Origin: Bugula neritina
Lineage: Eukaryota > Animalia > Bryozoa
Assembly (NCBI GenBank): GCA_964035545.1
Contig: OZ037772.1
Location: 6,060,889 to 6,124,888, forward strand
DNA: 64,000 nucleotides
Direction of reading: 5' to 3'
The notes under the pieces were generated by a model that was given only the letters and a program-made list of their open reading frames with translations, had not been told where the DNA came from and did no database searches. A program made the position numbers and the translations under genes. Of the stretch, positions 13,648 to 26,799 are shown piece by piece. The first letter of the stretch is position 1. Every line of letters starts with the position of its first letter.

Positions 13648-16600
13648 ATGATTATTCCGCTGGCAAGCCTCATTTTCATAGCCACTAGTCTGAGCTACGC
13701 CACAGCAGGTCGGACTCAAAGATATAGAAACTTGAGGTATCACACACAGATCACTGCTACACCTCACGAACTCAAGTGGGACTTTTCAGAAAAGTGAGTC
13801 ATTTAATCAGATTGGATGAAAATTTAGGTTGCTTGATATGATTGGATAAAAGCTTTAGTCGTCGAAAAAATTGGCCATCAGTAATACTAGCTGGTTTAAC
13901 AACTGCATGAGTAAAAGATATTTCTTCATTTTATCTCAAAGCGGTTTGTAAATGCAACATACTTTTTGAAAAGTGGTGGAAAATATTTTCTGTGTTTTAT
14001 TAAACTAGAATGACATAATCTTTGTGTCGTTTATTACTCAGCATTCCCTTAAAAATTTAGAATTTCCTTAATTTGCCCATTTTTTGAATGAATTAATATA
14101 TTTAATTTGTTTCCAGAATGTTCTTCTTTGAGCTAACAGTAAGATCTAAAGACCCTGTTGTTGGAATGGGGTTTTCCGATCATGGGGAGACAAGTAACGC
14201 AGATTTCATGGTGACCTGGCTAGACGCAGCCGGCGAACGCCATGTGCAGGTAACTCTCACTTAGGACAGAATTACTTGCTTGATACTTTGTATACATGTG
14301 TAAATGAGATTGAGAATATTGTAGTTTTAGTACGTAATTGTGTATATAACATATGATTGAGTCTTGTAGAGTTGAATAGCAAGTGTAAATTTAATTATAA
14401 TTTATTGTTTTAGAGGAAATATTGCGCATTGACTTGCAATAAAATTATCTTTTTCAATGTGTTGCTTAAACAATTCATTTTTGGGGTAGTCAATATGGTT
14501 CCTTGCTTGTTTTAGCATTAAAATTGGAACTATTTTAGTCAAGCTATTAAATAGTGAGTTTTTTAATTTATTTTAATATTTTGAAGTGCTAAAATATTTA
14601 TTTTAAAAACTTGATTAAAAACTTAAACATGTCCTTATACAACTAGTAACAATTTTACGAAAAAAGGAACACCCGCATGACAATTTTTCTACTATTATTA
14701 TTTCATCAGCTAAACTAAAATCTAATAGTGACAATCTATTGGCTGTATTTATTTGTTGATATGTTGCTAGGACACGTGGACAGACAGCTATTCCATTATG
14801 CATGCAGACGTACACCAAAGTTACACTGTGGATGCAGTCAAGTCTTTAGATTATGATGAAGGAATGATCTTCAGATTTTCACGAGAACGAAAGAGTTGTG
14901 ACCTGCAAGATTATCATATAGACGTGCGTATAATATTATATTATATGATATATGATATAGATGTGCTTATAATATTATTATATTATAGATAGTGTATTGT
15001 ATATGTTACATAATATATATATGCATACAACATTATATTATATATTAAGTATTATATATTATTTATTACATATTATGGATGTGCATATAATATTATGTAT
15101 TATATATAGTATATATTTATATTATATATTGTATATGTGCATATACAGTGTTGTATACAACATAGTTATATATTTTAATATAGCATATACTATGTATTAT
15201 ATATCATTTTTTATATATTATAGATGTGTGTAAAATATTATAATATATATAGTACATATTTCTATTACACATTATATATTATATGTGCATACAAAATTGT
15301 ATTATACATTATGGATGTTCGTTTAGCATTGTAATATTATATATGATTTTAGTTTACTTTATTTCATTGAATTATATAATATTCTATGATAATATACGTC
15401 AAGTATATTAAGTATAAATTAATTCCATCATAGTATTATACAGTATATATAATTATAACGTATCATTTACAGCCATAGGCACCATGATTAGACTCATATT
15501 TAGATATTCTCTCACTAATTTATATCTGCTATTATATATAATTGAACTTTTTAAAATATAAACACAAATATTGGGTTTCAATAATTATGTTATATTGTGT
15601 GGGTGGTGAAATTTTTATAAGTTATTTTAATAATTCTAATTAAATAAATAAAAGATAATTTTATTCTAATTTTCCAGAAGCCGCTGCATTGAAAAAATAA
15701 AAACTCTTTGAATAGACAATTACCAGCTAGAAAATTATGGTTGTATGACATCATACCTTTATTAGACTCGTATTATATAATTTTATTTGAATTGAGTAAA
15801 ATATTAGCTTTAGAATTATTATATGTTCATGCAACTAACAGCAATGTGCAAATTTAATTTCAAATAGAAGTTATTTATACTTTTGTTTTATTTTCTTTAG
15901 ACGGGTACGACGCACGTAATGATGTTCACCGCTCCTTACATCATGGCTGCTCCAGCGATGGTGAACACCTCAGAGTTCAACCTAACCATGACTCATGTCC
16001 AGATTCTAAAGAGTCAACAGCCACCTGGAAATATACCAGAAAATTCTGAAATATTAGATATTAAAAATGATCACGTGAGTTTATGAATACAGTCATATTA
16101 TAGTTGTATAAATAATTAGGAATTGATATTCGCGATGGAATGATTTAAATTTCCAAATCATATACAATTGTAGAATTGTTGCACTAAACTGCAAAAACCA
16201 GTTGTTTAAAAGACTGTTGATTTTGCACAATGTTAAAGTAATTAAATGTTTTAAATAATGTTAATAATATTTGCTAAAACTTACCTATCGTTTGAAAGAA
16301 TAGAAAAGCGTAGTTATATATTCATATATGGTAAATTTTTTCACTTTAAACATCAATCAAACTGTGTATGATTATACTTAATACTCTTTCTTTTGTTGTT
16401 AACCTTTGTTCCCCTTTTACAGCCAAATCCTGATCTTTATTTTGGTGTCCTACTAAAATTATAGTAGGCCCTATATCATACTATAATGACTAGTACAAAC
16501 ATATTTCATCATTATTTCCTTTGTTGCAACAACTGAAATATATACTATATTATACCCGATTATTACTATTTACATACTTTATCATCCGAATACAGGTTCA

Positions 16601-19600
16601 AATCCCGGCTATGGACACCACCTACTGGTGCAGCGTACATCAACTACCAGTCATGAGAGTCAAACGGCATATAATAAAGGTGAAGGTCACTAGAAACGTA
16701 TTGTATAATTACAGATCACTGTAACATATTATGGTATTGATATTCCATACTGTGTGTGGCGATTGTTAGATTATGTTGGCCAAATCGGACTTTGACTGTA
16801 ATTATTATTTAAAAATTTAAAGTTAGTTTCTAAAAAGTTAAAATGAAAAAAATAGAGATTTTAAAAATTTATAGTTGAAATTATTATTGATTTTGTTGCT
16901 TTTAAAGAACTTATTTCTGCAATTTTTATCTTTACACAAACTTTTCACTATATTTAATTATGAAAATATTTTCAAACTGTTATGAGTTATTAAAATTAAT
17001 CGATAGCAACTAAAGCAAAGTGAATGCCTTTGAAAAATTTATCAAAAATCCTTTACTGAAAATCTTGGAATTATCTTTAAGCAGCCCTAGCTTGAGGGTC
17101 TTTGAGTGCAGTAGTTTTGGGTCGCGAGTTTGTAGTTATAGGGCTTAAAAGTTCCCACCCAAACCTCCAAAACCACAAACTACTGCACTCACCTAACTCA
17201 GAGCTGCCGATAGAAAAACTCTTAGATCTGTATTTAACGCCACTTTTGTATTTGTTTAGTATGAAGGGATCATATCACCAGGTTCAGAGTCTATAGTTCA
17301 TCACATGACTATATTTAGCTGTGAGGTTTCCCCTAAAGTTCAAGTACCAATGTACAAGTAAGTAAAGAATATGTTTTCCTATAGAGCAGATAACTTCCAC
17401 TATTACCTGTAAAATTTTTAAAATTATTTAATTTCTGCTTTTAAATAATGTATTTGAATATAATACAAAACGATTTCATATCACAGCACTGCTGTTGAAA
17501 AAATTTTTGTCTCCACTGAGATTCGTTCCACAGACCTCTGGTTTTGAAACTGGTATGTTAACCATTACGCTACAGGCGCCACTGCATAAGTATGGTGATT
17601 CATATTTGTAGTGGTCCCTGTAATAGTAAACCACGCACCTTAAGTGGATGCAGCAAAGTTATTGGAGCTTGGGCTATGGGAGCCTCAGCATTTTCTTACC
17701 CAGAAGAGGCCGGAATACCAATCGGTATGTTATTGAAGTTGTGTGCACAATTTTTACAATACAAATAAAAATGTTTTTCTACTACTAAGAGCTTCCGTCT
17801 TTTAAAAGTGTGGTAATAAATGAAAAAAGAGAAAATAAATATATTTTTGTATACTGTATATTTATAATAAATATATCTGTATAGGAGACATGGTGAGCAG
17901 TAGATACGTGATGGTTGAAATTCACTATAATAACCCTAAACAGTTATCTGGACTTCTCGATTCGTCTGGGATGAGGTTGGTACAAGCATTTTTTTACTTT
18001 CTAGTATACTGAAACCCCTTTGTTAATATACACCTTCTCTTTTACAAACTTAAGTATTTTTATACCTAGTTTTTAAACATATTGAATAAAATTCACAGAG
18101 AAAGAGCATTTACTGTCTGTTGGGTGGAGCACAAAGGTTATAGTTTTAAAATTAATTGCACTTGCTGAATTCATTTTGATTCAATACCTTAAATGTACAC
18201 GTATAAGACCCATGCAGAACATTTCATTCCTGTCTCTTCTCCAAAAAGTTGCTGGATACTAGCAAGGCTTTTTTGTCAATGGACTATGTTTAAAAATATT
18301 TTTGAATAAGTCACAATCAAATCGACCTACAGCCGTTTGACTGAAATTTCGTCGCTCATTTTCAGATTGACCCTGACCTCTGACCTCCGTCAGTACGACG
18401 CTGCCATAATGGAGTTAGGGATTACCTATGATTCTAGAGACAGCATTCCTCCAAGACAGGACAAGTTCTACCTGGAGGGGGTGTGCAGTGAGAAGTGCTC
18501 TGATAGGGTGAGTTATTTTTGGTATAAGTATAACCAAGTGTGTCTAAGTACGTCACAGTAATCAAGTCATACTGTAATCAAGTAAACTTCCAAGACTAAC
18601 AGAGCACGAATAGTGGGACAAAAACAGCCTGAAAACTTTTACAAAATAATATATTATAATGTAATATAACATAATATAATATAATATAATACAATAAAAT
18701 ATATTATAATGTAATATAATATAACATAATATTATATAATATAATACAAAAAATAATATAATAACTTATAATGTAATATAATATAATATAATATAACATA
18801 ATATAATATAATATGATATAATATAACATAAAATCATATAACATAACATAAAATAATGTTATGTACTAAAATCATATTATGTCATATGACATATTATAAT
18901 TACTTCAGAAATTATGCTTTTTAAATCCTAATGATAAAGTTTAATTTCTCAATAATTTGGAAAATTTTTTTTAGTATCACAATGAAGAAATATTTGATAT
19001 TGAAAGAGGAGTCTGAATTATTTGCATAACTTATTTGAGTTCAACTTTTCAGACTATATGCACGCATAGCAAGTATATATATTGAATAGTTCTGTTGGTT
19101 TACAGGGTTTACCAGATGACGGAATTACCGTCTTCGCTTCTCAGCTTCACACACATCTAACAGGGAGAAGAGTCCGCACAATGCATATACGGGACGGGCT
19201 GCAGCTACCCGACTTGAACGGCGACAAACATTATACTCCGCACTTTCAAGAAATTCGTCTGCTCCAAAAACCGGTCAAAGTTTTGCCTGTAAGTTTTACA
19301 GATTTTGAAGTTGTCTTCTTGTTCATTCTCTGCCATGAAAACACAATTTGAAAGCTTTTTCAAGCTACAATAACCACTTAACATTTTTATGAAAACAATT
19401 TTTGTTGTTATTTCACTACAGTTCCGAAAAGTAATTGACACTCAAAAAGTAAAATACTATTATGTACTTAAATCATTTGGGGAAGCTCAAGTTTAGCATC
19501 TGATTCAAAGTAAACTAGCCATATGTTTTGGAATATAAATTTTCATTAGTTTATCGATTATATATTAATATGGAACTTATATAACGTAAACCCAAATATT

Positions 19601-21525
19601 ACAATATACTGTTATGCGTCGAGTTGAGTCAACTCAAGTGTTGTGAATAACAAAATCTAACAGAAATATTTAATATTTGATACTTAATATTAGAATAAAA
19701 GTTTTTGCCAAAGAAAACTATATTGTAATAGGCTTAGTGCCACACCACCACACCTGTAGACAGGAAAAAGATTTTGCTACATACCAAGTATAGCAATTAA
19801 ATTAAATAATATGTAATTAACTACGTATATATGCCTATTAATCAACTGAATATAGCTTGCTTTTTAAATATGTGTAGGGTGACTCATTGATAACTGAATG
19901 CGAGTATTCCACGTGGCATAGAGAGGACATAACTCTTGGAGGACATTCTATTAAAGAAGAAATGTGTGTTAATTATATTCACTATTACCCTAAAACAAAC
20001 CTAGAGGTAGGTTTATAAATGCAAAACTTAGATTTTGATTAAAGCCTCAATAAATTAATGTAGTACGCATGACTATGACACGCACGGACGCACACACGCA
20101 TGCATGTGACACGCGCATGCATGTGACACGCGCGCACACACGCACTCCTACACACATGCACTCCTACACACAAACGTACACGCACACGTACACACACACG
20201 CACTCCCACACACACACACGCATGCTTACACACACGTACACACACGCACACACGCATGCACACATGCATGCACATGCACGCACGCATGCACACATGCACG
20301 CACACGCACGCACGCACGCACACACGCACGCACACACACATATACACACATTGCATCATTCAACTAGTGTCTAACAGAGAAATGTTTACTCAACCATTAA
20401 TCTAAACTGTCGGTTTGAAACGACTCAGTTTGCAGTCAGTTACAAAGCTCTAAAGTGTACAGAATGTTATTACTTTCCATGTATCATTATAATTACCTCT
20501 TAACCAGGTTACTTTTTTTCTCAAAGGTGTGTAAAAGTGCCATATCAAACTCCGCCATTCAGAGATTCTTCACCATGATGGCGTACTATATGAAAGCTGA
20601 TACAAACGCATATCAATCAGTAAGTACAAGTACTAGGGGTTATATGATTATATTATGCCCAGTGAAACTACTCTCATATTATTACAGTTACTGTAGTATA
20701 CGTATAGTTCGACAGCTAGAATATATCTAGGACTATACAACGTAAAACTGCTATGATATGCTATCCTCACTATGCAAAACTATTATCATAATACCATAGC
20801 TACTGTGCAAACGACTACTATATTGTAGTTATTATGCAAAGTGAAACTATTATATTATAACTATTCTGCAAAGTGAGACTACTATACTATAGCCAATAAG
20901 CAAAGTGAAACTACTATAATATAGCCTTAATACATGAAGTGAAACTACTAATAGCCTTATGACTTTGTAGGTGAGTCAAAACTTTGAGAGTATGAAATGG
21001 AATTCAGTGAACTCAAGGCTATTGCAGTGGTTCTATGACACGATGCCTATTGATGCGGAGTGTAAGCATGCTGATGGAACATATCTTCAGGTACATAGGC
21101 TATGTTTACAAACTTTCTAGATATATTACTCATCTCCAGTTTCAAGTGTTTTATAAAACAACTGCTATACAAATATTATATTATAGCTGCTATACCAAGT
21201 GAAACTACTATATTATAGCTGCTATACCAAGTAAAACTACTATATTATAGCTGCTATAACACAAAACTACTATAAAATATATGTTATTATGAGAGAGAAT
21301 ATAACCATGGCATATAATGGGAACGTACATCTACAAATACATTGGGTTTATTTCATTATATTTATCTGGCAATAAATTATATATGTTTTAAACTGTGTAT
21401 GACAGGGTCAGTGGTCTCACATCTCTAAACCCAGAGTCTGGCTATCGGAAAGATACAACCCGATGGATGAACATCAGTGTGACGATAAGGAAATAGAAAA
21501 ATTCTTCAGAACGTCCAGACAATAA
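13648..21525 (+). CDS. DBH: Dopamine/tyramine beta-hydroxylase family copper type II ascorbate-dependent monooxygenase, 14 coding exons, 592 aa
   Basis: Exons 13648-13793, 14117-14249, 14771-14923, 15901-16074, 16596-16679, 17260-17357, 17612-17724, 17885-17975, 18366-18507, 19106-19288, 19878-20006, 20527-20619, 20971-21090, 21406-21525: 1779 nt, no internal stop, all GT-AG. Signal peptide MIIPLASLIFIATSLSYATA; DOMON domain (GMGFSDHGETSNADF, CDLQDYHI); DTTYWC; CuH ligands VHHM and EIHYNNP; AWAMGA..YPEEAG; IMELG; CuM ligands FASQLHTHLTGR and EEMCVNYIHYYP. DBH versus TBH orthology needs a phylogeny. Confidence 0.95.
17485..17585 (-). mobile_element. tRNA-derived SINE fragment (family B) in DBH intron 6
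   Basis: Minus strand GCGCCTGTAGCGTAATGGTTAACATACC...AGAGGTCTGTGGAACGAATCTCAGTGG shows A/B-box-like tRNA spacing; homologous to 27868-27968. Confidence 0.55.
20078..20350. repeat. Compound (CA)/(CACG)/(CATG) microsatellite
   Basis: Alternating purine-pyrimidine run in DBH intron 11; source of the HTHA/CVCV ORFs. Confidence 0.9.
20745..21275. repeat. Degenerate ~30-33-bp repeats (AAGTGAAACTACTATATTATAGC) on both sides of DBH exon 13
   Basis: Motif recurs at about 20770-20955 and again at 21175-21275. Confidence 0.6.
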
Positions 21526-22346
21526 CTTCAATTTATTGCTTTATTTCATTTAAATTAATTTATTCAAATTGTTTTAGACTCATTATGTAATTCACAGTTA
21601 TTTATTTTATGCATCAGCTTGCCGAAATCTTCTATTGTAAAGCTATAAATAACAGAACTATATTCTTGCCAGCTAGATAATATCACACTATATGTTACAG
21701 ATATTGTTCTGTAATTATATGTCGTGAAATTTATTTTTCATTCTACGTATTGTCAACTTCGAAACCAGAGTATAAAAATACTACTTTCAAGTGTTGTGTA
21801 AATAGTGTAACAATGCTGTTATGTGTGACACATATAATAGATAATCTTGCTGTAATACCATTATATATATATATATATATCACTAAAATTTATCAATATT
21901 TAATTTATGACATAAAAACAGTTTGAAAATGAGTCCGGTTGCAATTAATTGCAAATATTTTAGACTTAAAAGAGAGTTACTGAGAGTTACTTCTCTGATA
22001 ATTGTTTTCAATGAGTTTGAAATTATCCTCTCTTATAGATTAGATTTTAAACTTTGGCGAGTTGCAATAAAGGTAACAACATATGTAGTAAATACTTGCA
22101 CAATCGAGATGTCAATTTAATCAGTTTCTAAAATTTTAGAAACAATTTAGTTGGTGCCTAAAAAGATTAATTGCTTAAAATAATTAGTCAATAAACTAAA
22201 CGCTTGAAAACTTGCTGAAAATTATTTATTAAAAGGATTGACTAAATTGCAGCAAAATAAAATATCCATAGTTTATTGCAACAGGCTTTAATTAATAATT
22301 ATTAGCAAACAAATACCAAAGTTGCTAAAATTGATCCCAGAAGCAA

Positions 22347-22412
22347 TTCTCTATGGCATATGTCTTAACAGCAGCTTCTTCTGGTGGGTATTCTGACTTC
22401 TATTTCGAGTCA

Positions 22413-22416
<4 letters not shown>
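22347..22416 (-). pseudogene. Decayed copy of the last exon of the GNMT-like gene
   Basis: Translates IHDSK*KSEYPPEEAAVKTYAIEN versus LHDLKDESECPPEGAAIITYVIEK; in-frame TAG; truncated at a (TA)n tract. Confidence 0.75.

Positions 22417-22508
<92 letters not shown>
22417..22508. repeat. (TA)n microsatellite
   Basis: Pure TA run. Confidence 0.97.
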
Positions 22509-22511
<3 letters not shown>

Positions 22512-23016
22512 AATTTCTATTGAATTAAAATTTACTATTGAATTAAAAATTTAATGAAAGCAAAAGTATGTTATAGGAGGATAATAATATGGCGAAATTT
22601 AGTGTAATGGAAATTATATGTATTTTAATAAAAGTTGTGTAGCCAATCCATTACATGTATATTGAGCCTTTATGAGTTATTTTATGTGTAATGCAAATTA
22701 GCACTGTGTTCAAAGCCTAGCATAAATTCATTATAGAGAATTATCAAGCTATAAAATATAAGTACAATTGTCATTCCTTCTTTCAACACCATTAAGTATA
22801 GCTGCACTGAACATTGCTAAAAGATATATGTAAAAAACAGCTCTTTATGACATATACTAAACTGAAATTGAAAATAACTGATACTTTGACTGCTGAAAGT
22901 CTAACTGTTTATTAAATTATTATGGTTTACATCAAAATAAAAAGTTACATCGCAGCACCTTTTAAAAAACTCAATTATTAGTTGGGCAATGCAATTTATA
23001 TTCAAATCAAGATTAC

Positions 23017-23072
23017 TCTAGTAGTTTCTCTATGTCATATGTTATAATAGCAGCTCCCTCTGGTGGTCATTT
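23017..23072 (-). repeat. Short tandem duplicate of the 3' end of the GNMT-like CDS in its own 3' UTR
   Basis: TCTAGTAGTTTCTCTATGTCATATGTTATAATAGCAGCTCCCTCTGGTGG closely matches 23092-23141. Confidence 0.85.
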
Positions 23073-23075
23073 GTA

Positions 23076-26000
23076 TTACAGTTGAAGGCATTCTAGTGGT
23101 TTCTCTATGACGTATGTTATAATAGCAGCTCCCTCTGGTGGACACTCTGACTCATCTTTCAGGTCATGGAGAATCTGGATCTTGCAGTTCTCTCCAAATG
23201 TAGACTTAGCTAATGAAGTTATCTGCTCTCTGGTAAACACTCTGCTTGTAGTGTAGAGGTTGCTTCTGGAATAATAAAAGCACAATGCTAGATTTCTGAA
23301 CACTCTTCTAAAAAATGTAACTACTGTAAGATGATCTGATGTGTCCATAAGCTACTAATGAACACTAGCAGGTACTGAAGCTACCCGATATGATTGGTCA
23401 CGTGACGCTACTGACAAGTAATAGACAGACGAACACTAACACAAAACACTCTGCAGCTAGAGCTTAGTCTGATTGGTTAATATTACAATATCAACACGAG
23501 CTTTTAAAGGGCTAACCCAAAACCTTTAATCAGAGTAATTGTAAACTTTAACAATGCTATTAATATTTGATTTTGCTCTAGTAAACTTTCATACCAATCA
23601 TAAGAGTTTATAAATGTAATAAATTATGCAAGCCATGATTACATTAAAATGGTTGTTTATAATCACCTCATATTACAGACAAATTTATGAATTTTAGTGT
23701 ATATTGAAAGCTGATAATTCTTAAAACTTTATAGTATATGCGGTTGGTAGTTTTCATCTAATTTGCTGATTTGTCTACTCACCCATCTGGTCTCTCATAG
23801 GCCAAGAACACAGCTATGGGCTTTTGTTCTGGGGCAGGACCGTATATGGCAAACGGAGCTACTCCTGCAATGTGTCGATATTCAACCTACAACATTTAGC
23901 AACTGGTAAATAAAAAAGGCATCTCATCAGCCAAACTTATGCAAAAAATATGTTAGACTTTTCATACCGCAGTGAATGGATTGATGCCTCCATTTACAGG
24001 TTTTCCGGTTTTTGCCATGGCTTCAAAGTTACGATGATCCACCACTAGCACACCTCCTGGTCTAAGCAACTTTGCAAAACTTGAAAACAATTTCCCAAGT
24101 TCTTGGTCACTGGAAAAAAGTTTAGTTTACACATGATTAGTTTTAAGCAATGTTCTTTTTAAATGATAACTTATCTGGTACATGAACCTGACCGGTTGAA
24201 CAGAAGAGAATCAAGAGCCAAACACTTTATAAAAAAATTGTAAAAGTAAATTTGGTGAAATTTGTTTACACTGAATCAATTATAGTTGAACAAATATGGA
24301 CTTTACTAATTTTAATGGGATTATAGGCCTTTTAAGTCCTACTACTTAATACAGAGAGGCAAGAAATTGATCAAAGAGTTTAAAAGCAACTGACTATATT
24401 AAACTTTATAGTTCTGCAACTGATGACGCCAACCAGGAATCAGTTGCCTGATTAAAATTACAAACAAAAAGTTCTACTATAATCACTCGGTGCTCACCTC
24501 ATTAAGAACATTATGGCTTCCAGACAAACAATCGTATCATACTTCGCAGGGAGATTCTTGTTTGAATCAATCACTGCGTCAATCTCAATCATGTTTGCTT
24601 TGAATATACCTAAAAGTAAGTAAACTCTTTGTAGTTTATTAACTCATCTGAAGTAAGGTCATTAATAAGAAACTAGGTCATTTATCTAAAACTGGGTCAG
24701 TTATATGAGATATGGTCAGTTATATAAAGCTAGGTCAGTTATTTGAAACTAGGTGACACATATGAAACCAGGTGACATATAAAACTAGGTGACACATTTG
24801 AAACTAGCTGACACATATGAAACTAGGTAGGTGACACATATGAAATTAAGTGACCCATGAAACTAAGTGACACATGTGAAACTAAGTGACACATATCGAA
24901 CTGGGCGACACATATGAGACTGTGCGGGTATATATAATAAAGTTTATTCCACATGAATTTATAAAAGGTTTTGTTTATTCGGTTACCTAGTAGCTGAATG
25001 TTTGCTTAGATATTTAAAAGAATGAATTTCAACAAAACTGCCTACATTCTTAAGATTCCTTAGGAATTTAATACAGGAGCTTTCCTGAAAAAATATGTTC
25101 CATTGTCACAATAAGCCAAGAGCAATAAACAATTGAGTGTCATTTTTAACTCAATTTCATAATTTAGTTACTTCTTTCTAATTAAATTGATGGCCTGTTA
25201 ATCATTTCCTATAAACACCAGAAGTCAAAGGTAGAAAGTTGAGATCTTAAGATTTATTGCAGAAATCCCCTTTTTATAAAAGCTGGAAAACGTTGCGAAT
25301 ATTTATGCTTATTGAGCTCTGTTAAAAAAATAATTAGAATTTCATGAATAAACTGGAAACCTAATTCTTGAGTAGCTGGAGTTGCTTGCTCATAATAAGA
25401 ATTGCAAACGTATTTAAAATGGCAACCTATAAACTGCCATCTTATACTATGCTCTAGGTTAAGAGGTCAACAAACAATTTCAATTGATTTTTACTTACTC
25501 CAATTTTCAAACTCTTTGTACCCATTGTTGATAAAGTCCTGCTTACAGGTTTTCATTTCCTTAACCATTCCATCACTCAAATCACAGCTGAAGACCTTGA
25601 ACCCCCCATGAACAAGGTATATAGAGTCATTTCTGTGTTGTAAAATATAGCATTTGTCAGAACTTGTTACTATACATGTCAATTAAGTGCATATGTTGAT
25701 ACATGTCAGTATATATGAGTATATGTTGGGTACATGCCGCAGTACTATATAATTAGATCATGTCAGTGCACTTTAGAACACTCCAGGACATGTCACTACA
25801 TGTCGAGTACATGCAGGCAGTGCATGCCAAGTACATGTCAGTGCAAGCCAAGTACATGCCAGTACATGCCAAGTACATGTCAGTGCAAGCCAAGTACATG
25901 CCAAGTACATTCCAATTACTTGCCAAGTACATGCCAGTACATACCAAGTACATGCCAGTAAATGCAGGTGATATAAGTATGTCCAATCATACTAATTAAC

Positions 26001-26799
26001 TTGCAGACTTTAGGTTTATGAGTTTAACTTATCATGTGACTTATGACATATTATATCTGACGAATTTCCTCAGATTACAAAAAGATGATTAGATAGTTGA
26101 ATGTTAAGCTTTTCTTTGACTTATCTTTATAGCAGTTGTCTTACTAAAGAGCAAATTAAACATTGCTAATCTATAATGTAAGTCGGTTAAGTTTCAAACC
26201 AAAATAATGCATTTATATTTGGTTCATTTGAAATGAATAACTCAGAAACTAAGCTAATTATCTAGCCTTGTCTTAAACAATGCTTCTGCCTAACTTGAGA
26301 GGATACATCACGGCAGATTTTAGGCTATATATATATATGTTAATCAAGTCGAGTATTATATGCAAAAGGCTTACAAGACGCAGATGTTCATAATAAATAT
26401 TAATGAATCTTTACAGCTTTTAAACATGTGTATAAGTTTCAAACAAAGCATATAAAACTTTTTAAAAATGCTTTTAAATAAAAGAAAAAGAAAATTGTAA
26501 TTTAAAAAAATAAACTTCAAGAGTCATTTGAAAAAAGTTTAGAGCAATTTCACATACCCTGGTCCACACGCAACATCTAGCAAACCCCGTCCTGGAGTCT
26601 CGTACTTCTTAGCCAGGTCAAGGAGAAATTTCTTGATGATTGGAGATCGTTGATCTAGCCTTTGCCCAACACTGGAGAATTTTCGATTGCACTCAAACTG
26701 CATTGATATCTCTACGTCATTTTGTTCTTGACAGATCTTAGTAAGAGATCTGAGTAAGACATCTTGAGCAATTGCTGCAGGTTCTCTTACTTTCTCCAT
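23076..26799 (-). CDS. GNMT: Glycine N-methyltransferase-like class I SAM-dependent methyltransferase, 6 coding exons, 307 aa
   Basis: Exons 26799-26558, 25632-25499, 24609-24498, 24109-23968, 23886-23783, 23265-23076: 924 nt, in frame, GT-AG. Motifs parallel GNMT in order: LLDVACGPGNDSIYLVHGGFKVFSCDLSDGM, FENWSIFKANM, YDTIVCL, LLRPGGVLVVDHRNF, TFGENCKIQILHDLK, YVIEK. A divergent homologue rather than a proven orthologue; an upstream exon is possible. Confidence 0.88.
24670..24920. repeat. Degenerate ~20-bp repeat (GAAACTAGGTGACACATAT)n
   Basis: About 11 imperfect copies in GNMT-like intron 2. Confidence 0.8.
25800..25960. repeat. 10-11-bp repeat (GCCAAGTACAT)n
   Basis: Imperfect tandem array in GNMT-like intron 1; source of three overlapping repetitive ORFs. 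Confidence 0.85.

Noticed and set aside
24415-24450. Hammerhead at CTGATGA
   Set aside because: Only a simple hairpin (GCAACTGAT/ATCAGTTGC); no GAAA core or three-way junction.
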